From Octopus vulgaris (lineage: Eukaryota): DNA of 64,000 nucleotides. Where the stretch lies: assembly GCA_951406725.2 (NCBI GenBank), contig OX597829.1, positions 47,182,001 to 47,246,000 on the forward strand, given 5' to 3'. A program made the position numbers and the translations under genes. The number at the start of each line of letters is the position of its first letter. Positions within the stretch are counted from its first letter, which is position 1. Shown one piece after another: positions 13,060 to 24,187 of this stretch. The notes under the pieces were generated by a model. The model ran no database searches. It saw only the letters and a program-made list of their open reading frames with translations, and was not told the DNA's origin.

Positions 13060-13345
13060 TCACGATGATGTTCAAAAGAAATCTAAGCGCTGACATAACA
13101 TGGCATCAGTATCGCAGCAGATGTTACTGTCAGAGTGCAACGAATTGGATGAGATAGCGCAGCGCACCCCATTCTACTTTCTGATCATAATACCCTTAAT
13201 TCACTTCTATGAATTGATCCTCTTTGCAACGACCTCCAAAAGAAAGTTAGCAAACTTCACATCGTCGTATGTTGAACTCACTGCGTAAAAGAGCCGGAAA
13301 CACATAAAGCAAGGCATTGTGCATAAACTCTGAAACACTGTCGGC
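13060..13345 (-). mobile_element. Mariner-like transposase C-terminal remnant with terminal repeat
   Basis: STYDDVK..GI..W pattern; mariner-like terminus near 13060. Confidence 0.45.
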
Positions 13346-13349
13346 TTCA

Positions 13350-13362
13350 TACTACTACTACA

Positions 13363-13406
<44 letters not shown>

Positions 13407-13407
13407 C

Positions 13408-13460
<53 letters not shown>

Positions 13461-13479
13461 CACCACCACCACCACCACC

Positions 13480-13538
<59 letters not shown>

Positions 13539-13539
13539 C

Positions 13540-13570
<31 letters not shown>

Positions 13571-13686
13571 GTAGAACTACTACTACTACTACTACCACCA
13601 CCACCACCACCACCACCACCACCATCACCACCACCAACACCACCATTACTACTACTAGAACAACAACAACAACAACAACAACAACA

Positions 13687-13759
<73 letters not shown>

Positions 13760-13774
13760 TTGCTAATAATAATA

Positions 13775-13815
<41 letters not shown>

Positions 13816-13822
13816 CACAATA

Positions 13823-13887
<65 letters not shown>
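13350..13887. repeat. Compound trinucleotide array TAC/CAC/AAC/TGC/AAT
   Basis: Direct reading. Confidence 0.95.
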
Positions 13888-13888
<1 letters not shown>

Positions 13889-14057
13889 GAAATTGTTTTC
13901 TTTTTACTATGCATTCACTTATTTTATGTATTTCTTGAATATATTTCCAATTGATCAACGTGATTAAGACCAATAATATTTGCAATTTTAATGTTTGCTG
14001 TGAATCAGAATACAGTAAAGCTTCCAAGCAAACTAAATTTGTGACCTTCATAAGGTT

Positions 14058-14095
<38 letters not shown>

Positions 14096-14398
14096 ATTTA
14101 TGTCGTTTATATTTTTGAGAAAGACATGAATGTCATGCGGTCTCGTTTGCTCAATCCTATAAATCTAAATTATTGCGCTTATGCAAGAAATCAATATTTA
14201 AATTCAAAAAACTGTTGATCGTTATCATCTTTTTTTTTTTCAATGGTATGTAGCAAAGAGTCGTTAATATGGGGGCTCCATCATGGGCACGGTTTGTGTT
14301 GGCTAAAATGAATTAAACGGCAGTATAAACTTGATTATAGCTACGGCCAACAGTACTGTTGTTATAATTACATTTTGGGGGGAGGGAAATATATTTAA

Positions 14399-14825
14399 AG
14401 GTGCAGGAGTGGCTGTGTGGTAAGTAGCTTGCTAACCAACCACATGGTTCCGGGTTCAGTCCCACTGCGTGGCATCTTGGGCAAATGTCTTCTGCTATAG
14501 CCCCGGGCCGACCAATGCCTTGTGAGTGGAGTTGGTAGACGGAAACTGAAAGAAGCCTGTCGTATATATGTATATATATATAAGTGTGTGTGTATATGTT
14601 TGTGTGTCTGTGTTTGTCCCCCTAGTATTGCTTGACAACCGATGCTGGTGTGTTTACGTCCCCGTCACGTAGCGGTTCGGCAAAAGAGACCGATAAAATA
14701 AGTACTGGGCTTACAAAGAATAAGTCCTGGGGGGGGTCGATTTGCTCGACTAGAGGCGGTGCTCCAGCATGGCCGCAGTCAAATGACTGAAACAAGTAAA
14801 AGAGTAAAGAGTAAAAGAGTAAAGT
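14399..14825 (+). mobile_element. SINE type B, full length
   Basis: Complete head, internal microsatellite and AGTAAAAG tail. Confidence 0.92.
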
Positions 14826-15544
14826 AATTTAGACTGGAATTGATCCGACAGCTAACAATGAAATACTTAGTAATTTACGTACGAATCATTGCTGTTTTTC
14901 GTTAGACTGCTCCCAATTGCCGTCAAATTAAATTGACATATATTCATATTAGTGCTGTCTTTTATACGAATTTGTTAGCCTAGATCTGTTTCTCAACAGA
15001 TATAAAACAAATTTTAATAGTATAGCTCTCACTCAGTCGCTTTCGTTGCCAACATTATTCAGCGAAACCATTATTTTTCACGTGTTTGACAACTTGGCAG
15101 TTTTCCTACTGAAGTAAATATCACAAAAATCACTTGGCTTGTTTGTAGTATCTCTGTCTGAGGCTTGATTAGGCGAGACGAGACCTATGGTATGATACGT
15201 TGTTCGAGCCGAACAACCCAAAATCTATTGTTTCAGACATATCATGCTTCCATCTAGATATAAATCAAAGCGATCACACTGACAAGTATGGATTAATCAT
15301 ACAGATTCTAGTGATATCAACGATTGAGACGAGCAAGGTGAAATCACATTGTGATAATTACTGTTATTTTTCCTTTATCTCTGGTATTAATAGTGATTGG
15401 CTATTAATGTTCTGGTCAAGTATAACACAAAGCACTATAGATCAGTTATTCTGGTCTGGAATCAAAGAAAGAAATTATGGACAGAAGTTGAAATCTGATA
15501 TTAACAATAACGTTAAAGATTAATGAAAGATAAAATATATATAG

Positions 15545-15720
15545 ACGCGAGCGTGATTGTATGGGAAGTTTACTTTCCAGCTTCAATGGTCTGGGTTCAA
15601 TCCCACTGCGAGATACTTTGGGCGACAGCTTTCTATTAATTATAATTTTGGGCAGAATAAGGTCTTGCAAATGGATTTGGTAGATGGAAACTGAAACAAA
15701 TTCGTCGTGTATATATATAT
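15545..15720 (+). mobile_element. Diverged SINE type B, 5' half
   Basis: GGTTCAATCCCACTGCG and GGATTTGGTAGATGGAAACTGAAA. Confidence 0.7.
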
Positions 15721-15721
15721 A

Positions 15722-15915
15722 TAAAGGAAAAGTTTACGAAAATAAACAAAAGACGAAGGCAGGTGGAGTACAAACAAACAAATGTATTAGTATAGCGCTC
15801 AGGAATAGAAAAAGTCTTTTACGTTTCGAGCCTACGCTCTTCGACAGAAAGATACACAGAAAAAAAACAAGGAGAGAAAAAAATGCGTGTAGTAGCTAAC
15901 GATCTATCATGGCGG
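15722..15915 (-). mobile_element. Penelope-like terminus family B with HHR-like motif at 15814-15852
   Basis: TCTTT-CTGTCGA-A-GAGC-GTAG-GCTC-GAAACGTA^AAAGA; 5-bp stem I. Confidence 0.7.
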
Positions 15916-15975
<60 letters not shown>

Positions 15976-16135
15976 GCCAAGCCCCACATATACGAGGTCT
16001 GATCAGTAAGTATCTGGACTGTTGTCATTGTATCGAAGCTAAAGCACACAAAGTAAAGCCGATTAATAGGGCTGAAATTGTATAGCCGAGACGGTAGTTA
16101 TGGAGCCATTGCAGATTTCTGATATAGCGGATATA

Positions 16136-16443
16136 TCTTTATATATAAAATTGAAGTTGTGTGTGTGAGACTCTGTCTCCTCCGATTTAGATTCCTAACT
16201 ACTCCCACATTTTGCGGTGCCGTTTAACCAAAAGCGGGTATCTTATAGTCGTGATTCATATCGAGCCCTTCTGGGTATTAGCGCGCGTCTACGATGAGTC
16301 TACGATTAAAAAAAAAAAATTACCATCATTTTTCCGCATTTTTAATGATTTTTGCCCGGGTTATATAAGGGAAGTAACTCTCTAAAAATGCTTATATAGT
16401 TATTTCCCTTACGAATCCGAGCAACGCCGGGCGATACTGCTAG
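16136..16443 (+). mobile_element. Non-autonomous Helitron, short variant
   Basis: 5' TC, 3' hairpin CCGAGCAACGCCGG then CTAG, inserted between A and T. Confidence 0.9.
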
Positions 16444-16589
16444 TAATTGATAAAAAGAACAACAAACTTTTAGGCAAGGCAGACTTATCAAGTCATATAC
16501 ATTATTATTGTAAGAATTTGAATGTTTTCTAATAATAATAATGTATATAGATGTTTGCCTGCTTTAATGTTTGTTGCCCTCTTTAAAAT

Positions 16590-17127
<538 letters not shown>

Positions 17128-17133
17128 TATGTA

Positions 17134-17353
17134 CAGAGGTTTGCTGAAAGGTTCCTGGTTTTGGGTAAAAGAAAATACAAGAGGATCAATTAATTATGAT
17201 TTCATTCAACATTTTCCCCTCTCAGATTTATATACTTACTGCAGTGGTCCTTCAGTTTTTCTAAGCCCTGACAAAGAACTCAGAAAGTTGGGTCTCCAGC
17301 TAGCCCTTTCGCAATACTCTTAAAGCCAGGAACATTTCAGCCCACCCCCCTCG
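17134..17353. mobile_element. Tc1/mariner-type MITE
   Basis: Imperfect TIRs (GCTGAAAGGTTCCTGG / CCAGGAACATTTCAGC) and flanking TA dinucleotides. Confidence 0.7.
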
Positions 17354-17699
17354 TAAAGAAATTTAACCGAAGTCATACGCAAACGCTTGCGCGCACACAA
17401 ACTTACACACACACACTTACACACACACACTTACACACACACACTTACACACACATACATAAACGCCATAAGTATATACGCAGATATTTCAGAAGTATAT
17501 ACAGACAGCCTTCATTAAATCGTTTTATCTGTGTGGACACTATTCATTAGGATGGTGCCCAAATTAGTTAAAACATGAAAAACTGCGCAAAACATGTCTA
17601 GTAAATACTAGATTAAGTATTTAAAAGCATCAAATGACATTTTTTTTTTCTCTAGAAATAAATCTTTCAAAAATGATGGCGTCCATTTACTTCGAAGAT

Positions 17700-17745
17700 A
17701 TATGTGTGTGTAATACATATACATACATACACATACATATATATG

Positions 17746-17820
<75 letters not shown>

Positions 17821-17927
17821 TATATATATACATATATATATTATATATATATATATATGTTTGTACAAAAGTAGATATATGTATGTATATGTATGTATAT
17901 ATGCATATATGTGTTTCTGTGTGTGAT

Positions 17928-18017
<90 letters not shown>

Positions 18018-18345
18018 TATATACATATGCATAATTTTGGCTAGTTACCCATGTACATATATGTATGCAGATATGTGTGTATGTGAGTGCGCGTGTGTGT
18101 GAGCACGTGTGTGCATGTGTGTATGCGTGTGCTTGTGTGCACGTATGTGTGCGTGTGTGCATGTGTGTGTGTGTGTGTGTATGCATGTGTGCGTGTGTGT
18201 ATGTGTGCGTGTTTGCGTGTGTGCATGTGTGTGAGAGAGCATATGTATGTGCGCGTGTGTGTGCATGTGTGTGCGTGTGTGTGCATGTGTGTGTGCGTGT
18301 GTGCATGTGCGTGTGTGTGTGCATGTGTGTTTGTGTGTGTATGTG
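17700..18345. repeat. (TA)n and degenerate (TG)n arrays
   Basis: Direct reading. Confidence 0.95.
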
Positions 18346-18529
18346 TTTAATGAGATAAAGGTGAGTTAAGATGCTTATGATTTTCCTGAATACTCAATTC
18401 TCGTCTCTTATCGGTTTTCGCAAAGAACAAATAACGAAATCAACAGATGCAGACGGATGCAACAGCGGCAGGAACAGCAGCGGAAATAACAGCAGCAGCA
18501 GCAGCAGTAGGACGGGCAGCACTGCTCGT

Positions 18530-18560
<31 letters not shown>

Positions 18561-18606
18561 ACAGCGACAGCAACGGTGGCGGGGGCAACAGCAGCAATGG
18601 CAGAAG

Positions 18607-18730
18607 ACGAAGAAGAAGAAGAAGAAGAAGAAGAAGAAGAAGAAGAAGAAGAAGAAGAAGAAGAAGAAGAAGAAGAAGAAGAAGAAGAAGAAGAAGAAGA
18701 AGAAGAAGAAGAAGAAGAAGAAGAAGAAGA
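18607..18730. repeat. (GAA)n array preceded by (CAG)n
   Basis: Direct reading. Confidence 0.95.
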
Positions 18731-18943
18731 AAACAGCAACAAGAACGATAGAAGCAATATCAGTTATAATTACAAAGCGAAACTAATAAAAAGAAAAATA
18801 CAACAGTAGCAACAACAACAACAACATTACGTAGAACAATGAGAAATACATCAGTGAAGAAAATAGCAAAAATGTCAACAATAAGAAATCGAAACTACAG
18901 GAACATGAATAAGAAGAATCTATACAATAGACATCATCATCAT

Positions 18944-19618
18944 TGTCGTTGTCGTCGTTCGTCATCTTTCGTCGTTTGTTGTCGTCGTTCATCGTCTTCA
19001 TCGTCATTTGTCGTCGTTGTTCGTTGTCGTCGTTGTTCGTTGTCGTCGTCGTTCGTCGTTCGTCGTCATCGTTTGTCATCGTTTTTCGTCGTCGTCGTCG
19101 TTCGTCGTCGTCGTTCGGCGTCGTGTCGTTGTCGTCGTCGTTCGTCGTCGTCGTTCGTCGTCGTCGTTCGGCGTCGTCGTTCGGCGTCGTCGTTCGGCGT
19201 CGTCGTTCGGCGTTGTCGTTCGGCGTCGTCGTTCGGCGTCGTCGTTCGGCGTCGTCATTTGTCGTCGTCGTTCGGCGTCGTCGTTCGTCGTCGTCGTTCG
19301 GCGTCGTCGTTCGGCTTCATCGTCGGCGTCATCGTTCGTCGTCGTCGTTCGGCGTCGTCGTTCAGCGTCGTCGTTCGGCGTCGTCGTTCGGCGTCGTCGT
19401 TCGTCGTCGTCATTTATCGTCGTCGTTCGGCGTCGTCGTTCGGCGTCGTCGTTCGTCGTCGTCGTTTGTCGTCGTCGTTTGTCGTCGTCGTTCCTCGTCG
19501 TCATTTGTCGCTCGTCGTTCGTCGTCGTCATTTGTCGACGTTGTTCGTCGTCGTCGTCATTTGTCGTCGTCGTTCATCGTCGTCGTTTGTCGTCGTCGTT
19601 CGCCGTCGTCGTTGTCGT
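18944..19618. repeat. CpG-rich 13-bp minisatellite (CGTCGTCGTTCGK)n
   Basis: Direct reading. Confidence 0.92.
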
Positions 19619-20334
19619 TATCTACATCAACAAGTCACAAACGAAAATGGTTTTGAAAAATACAATGACTATCAGTAATGAAGGATACTAAAATAGATCA
19701 AGAGAGAGAGTTACAAAAAGCGCAATAACAAAAGCAACGACCTCGACTGACCGACAGGAGAATCTCTGTGCAGTCATTTGACCTGACAGAAATGGCAGCT
19801 GAATTAATTCTCTTATGTAGAATTTTACTGCCTTCAGAATTTAAAACGACCAGACGCAGCCCAAATATTCTTCCTGTTTTAGTGTTCAGATCAGCCAGAT
19901 CCGGCCTTTCATTCCTACCCTACAATGTTCATTTTTTTTTGTAAAAATATACAATCCCACCATTGAAATCTCAAACCTGTGAGATAATACATGATTAATT
20001 CAAAACAATGTCAATAATTAAGTAATACATGAAACAGAGTAATCTGATTGCTAAAGGATTAAAAGGGTGCGACACACACAGGATAATGAAGACCTAAACA
20101 TTGGATAAAAACAATAAGAAACGTAAGGGTGACTACTAGAATGGCCTTAATCTGCTCCAGTTGAACACTGATCTGGGTCCATAACAAGGAGACATCTTAG
20201 TTGTTGCACAACCGGCTAGAAATAGTGAATATAGGTTCATCAAATTACATACTTAAATCTCCTTCAAGATATATGTGCGTGTGTGTGTACGTATATATAG
20301 ATAGATAGATAAATAGATAGATAGATAGATAGAT

Positions 20335-20381
<47 letters not shown>

Positions 20382-20409
20382 TAGATAGATAGATATATAT
20401 ATATATATT

Positions 20410-20479
20410 TTACCAGGTGGTGCTATTAAGTTAGACATGGTCTGGGCCAATAATGGCCGAAACCTATCAAAGTATCAAA

Positions 20480-20482
<3 letters not shown>
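20410..20482. repeat. ~70-bp dispersed repeat embedded in (TA)n; second copy at 58750-58830
   Basis: The two copies are nearly identical and start at the same base. Confidence 0.85.
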
Positions 20483-20571
<89 letters not shown>

Positions 20572-20623
20572 ATATATATAGCATAAATATATATATATAT
20601 ATATATATTTACATATCTACATA

Positions 20624-20679
<56 letters not shown>

Positions 20680-20684
20680 TATAT

Positions 20685-21270
20685 GGGTACAGGACATAAA
20701 AAAAACGTTGAACACAATGAGAAGCGAAAACATAAAAACAAAAACATAGAAAACGAACTTTTTTCGAACAACGAAAATAAAAGAGAAACGAGACATGCAA
20801 CATAAAGAATATTCCCCTTCGTCAGTTGTCCCTGTTTCATCTACTCCGCGTTTCAAAGGTGAGGACAAGACGCGAATTCGTTAAAAACAGTCCTTCCACC
20901 AAAGGAAATTAAATAAAATTTGTGATTTTTTTGCGGAGGGTGAACAAGAACAGGACAGTGGGAAAAAGACAGTAAAAACAAACGGTGAGGGCTGTTGAGC
21001 CAAGACGATAGAAAAATTATTATGGACGCTAGGAAGACGAGCTTATGAGAGGAGACAGTCTTGTCGTTAGGTAGGATATTGACAGAAAGATAGATTCCCT
21101 TTCGTCACGTGTCAGCGACGAAGACGGTCAGGGAGGAAGAGTGAGAGAGAGGGAACGATGAAGAGAAGAGAAGAATAGGGAAGGGCGGGAGAGAAAACCA
21201 GAAAGGATGAAGAACAAGAGAGGGTGGAGATAAACAGATAGAGAGATAATAGAGATAAAACTTAGTGCGT
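20685..21270 (-). mobile_element. Probable Penelope-like 3' region of another family
   Basis: Pyrimidine-rich minus strand with CTGACGAAG and GAAACGCG motifs, bounded by (TA)n. Confidence 0.35.
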
Positions 21271-21289
21271 GCGCATCGTAATTATTAAG

Positions 21290-21346
<57 letters not shown>

Positions 21347-21349
<3 letters not shown>

Positions 21350-21975
21350 AGAATTCACACAAAAAAAACAAAAGACGCAGACAAGTGGTGTAGACAACAA
21401 ACAGATATATTCGTATAATGCTCGAGAAGTGAAAAAGTCTTTAACGTTTCGAGCCTATGCTCTTCCACAAAAAGGAAGACAGAAAGAAACAAGGAGAGAA
21501 AATAAAGAATGTGTAGTGGCTAGCGATCTATCATGGCGAAGGCCGAACAGAAGGGTCACACAGGAGAGCTAGGAAGTAAGGGAGATAATAATGTAGTGGT
21601 GCTCCCAAAACGAAGGTACGTGTGTATAAGAGAGCGTGTATGTGCATATGGAAGAGGGCTGCTGACCTTGCCGTGTGCGTGTGTGCATGTGTAGGTGTGT
21701 GGATGATGGTGTGGGGCTGAGAAGTGGTCAGTGCTAGTGTGTGCGTGGTGGTGTGATGTAATGTGATGTGATGTGGTGTTGTGTGGTATGGTAGTGTATG
21801 GTGTAATGGTGTGTGATGTGGTGTGATGGTGTTGGGATGTGGGGAGGCAAGGGTATGGTGTGGGTTAGGCTGAGGATGGGAGTAGAGGTGAGGTATGTAG
21901 GAGTGGGTGTAAGGGATGGGGTTGGGGTGGGATAGGATGGATAGGGAAGGTGGGGTTGGATATACCGGAATAAGC
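21347..21975 (-). mobile_element. Penelope-like 3' end family B with degenerate HHR (about 21436-21475)
   Basis: Collinear homology with 3890-4400. Confidence 0.65.
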
Positions 21976-22202
21976 TCATAAATGTGAAATTATTTACCAG
22001 ATGTATTTAGAATCTGTGCTTCGATTTAAGGTTTTCTTCGATTTTACACGATAGAATTTATACTGAATTTATTTTGTTCATTGCATGCTTAAGACCGTTT
22101 AGTTGAAAGGACCAATGAAACAAAGCCATTTTCAAAGGTGTATCCTTTAAACTAGTTTTATGTTTGATTATATTGTCATTATTTCTGTTCCATTCTAACA
22201 AA

Positions 22203-22242
22203 ACTGTCCGACGAACGGGAACATGAAACTCTGAGTAACAGT
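22203..22242 (+). ncRNA. Minimal HHR-like motif (U4C variant) in a Penelope-like terminus, family C
   Basis: ACTGT-CCGACGA-ACG-GGAA-CAT-GAAA-CTCTGAG-TA^ACAGT; AATAAA at 22267; homologous to 57730-57804. Confidence 0.65.
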
Positions 22243-22272
22243 GTTTGTAATATTTCTGCTGCTTTCAATAAA

Positions 22273-22323
<51 letters not shown>

Positions 22324-22828
22324 CATATATGTATACAAATACATACATACACACATACATACATACATACATACATACATACATACATACATACATACAT
22401 ACATACATGCATACATACATACATACATACATACATACATACACACATACATACATACACACTTACATACATATATGCAAACAAAATCAATCATGATGAC
22501 AAGGGATGTACAACAATAAAAGGCAACGAATACTGGACAGCTAGAATTTGATAAATGGTTTCGTTTTAAAAGTTGAACGTTCATGGATACAACGCCATTT
22601 GATCATAGATGTGTCTTAATCAGTATTCCGTGCTGACCTGCTGTTAAACAACAAGATCAAACCAAACTCTGACATGTTGGAACTTGTTACCAATTTCTCC
22701 GCCCCAGATCATTGTGTACCGTGTTCAATAAAAAATAGAAACGCAGTATTGTTGTTAATTGTGTCCACGAGTTCGAAATAAGACGATTCCGCAGTTTTTT
22801 GCTGAATAACCCACACAGATTATTAGTT

Positions 22829-23319
22829 TAATCAAGTAAATCTCTATAAGAGGTGAAAGCAATATTTATATTGACAAGTAGTGCTTAACGCCACTTAAAC
22901 ACGGCTCTTTTAACCCCAGGTGGACACCTTCTCCAGCTGGTTATACAGTGCACTCTGCACCCGATATATACTGCAGGCGGGGAAAGAGGTTCCTACTATT
23001 TTAACCATGAGAATGAGACCATCAGACTGTACAGTTTCGACCTTTTTATGATCATCCTCGGTGATAGATACTCGTAAATGGATACTCAAGGATGACATAA
23101 CGAGGTCGAAACCGTACGGTCTGATGGTCTCGGGGCTAAAATAGTATGGAGTTCTCTCCCCTATTGTAATATATATCGAGTGCAGAGTGCACTGCATAAC
23201 CAGCTGGAGGAAATTTTCTCCTGGCGTTAAAATAGGCAACACCCGTGCTTAAGTGGCCTTAACCATTACTTGTCAGTATGAATACTGCTTTCATCTCTTA
23301 AGGAGATTTCCTTTGGTTA
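22829..23319. mobile_element. ~490-bp degenerate foldback of two head-to-head Penelope-like termini
   Basis: Arms are reverse complements along their length; HHR cores flank the apex. Confidence 0.8.
23021..23065 (-). ncRNA. Minimal HHR motif (U4C, extra T after A9)
   Basis: ATCA-CCGAGGA-T-GATC-ATAAAAA-GGTC-GAAA-CTGTACAG-TC^TGAT. Confidence 0.7.
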
Positions 23320-23404
23320 TTTGTTTGTAACGATCAAATATTTGTGTTGTGCATTAGCTTATTCCCTCCATCAAATCAACATTATTTGTATATATGCATA
23401 GTGT

Positions 23405-23556
23405 GCCAAACATCACACACCGAAGTGACCGGAGAGTAACGTGAGATGAAGTGTTTTGCTCAAGAACACAACGTACCACCCGTTCCGGGAAACGAAGCAA
23501 TCATGTCGCGATCGTGAGAGATTCGTTCCCTAACTACTAGACCACGAACCCCTCAC
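23405..23556 (-). mobile_element. Diverged SINE type C
   Basis: tRNA-like head plus TTGTGTTCTTGAGCAAAACACTT. Confidence 0.6.
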
Positions 23557-23697
23557 CGTATAATGGTAATCATAAAGATACTGCTAGAGCATATACCGAT
23601 TGTCATAGATTTAATATGTCGATCAGGACCGACCTTGGCACTAAACAACAACAACAACAACAGTAGCAACGATGATAACAGCAAAAAAAAAAAATAG

Positions 23698-23872
23698 CTG
23701 CACTAGCAGAAGGAGCACTAACCGCACCGACCATCCGGTGCGAATTATGCCCACGACTTTTTCATCACCGACTTGAAGTCCAAAGTCACATTCGGCACAA
23801 ACATCAACCGAGGAGACTGGATAGAAACTGACGAACCCAATGCACGGATACGAGCTGGAGCCGACATACATA
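23698..23872 (+). mobile_element. RTE-like LINE 3' end: C2H2 zinc finger, short 3'UTR, (CATA)n tail
   Basis: IRCELCPRLFHHRLEVQSHIRHKH (C-x2-C-x12-H-x4-H), then stop and CGGATACGAGCTGGAGCCGAC-ATACATAC. Confidence 0.65.
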
Positions 23873-24187
23873 CGTACGTATGTATGTATGTATGTATGTA
23901 TGTATGTATGTATGTATGTGTGTGTGTGTATGTATGTATGTATGTATGTATGTATATGTATGTATGCATATGTATGTATGCATATGTATGTATGTATGTA
24001 TTATGTATGTATGTATGTATGTAAGTATGTATGTATGTATGTATGTATGTATGTATATTATGTATGTATGCATATGTATGTATGTATGTATTATGTATGT
24101 ATGTATGTATGTATGTATTATGTATGTACGTATGTATTATGTATGTATGAATGTATGTATGTATGTATGTATGTATGTATATTATGT
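23873..24187. repeat. (TATG)n array 5' of the RTE
   Basis: Direct reading. Confidence 0.95.

Noticed and set aside
18839-19691. Arg/Ser/Val-rich ORFs
   Set aside because: Produced by the 13-bp minisatellite in multiple frames and on both strands.
20805-20870. Type II hammerhead on the minus strand
   Set aside because: GAAA and CTGACGA are present, but stem I cannot be formed.
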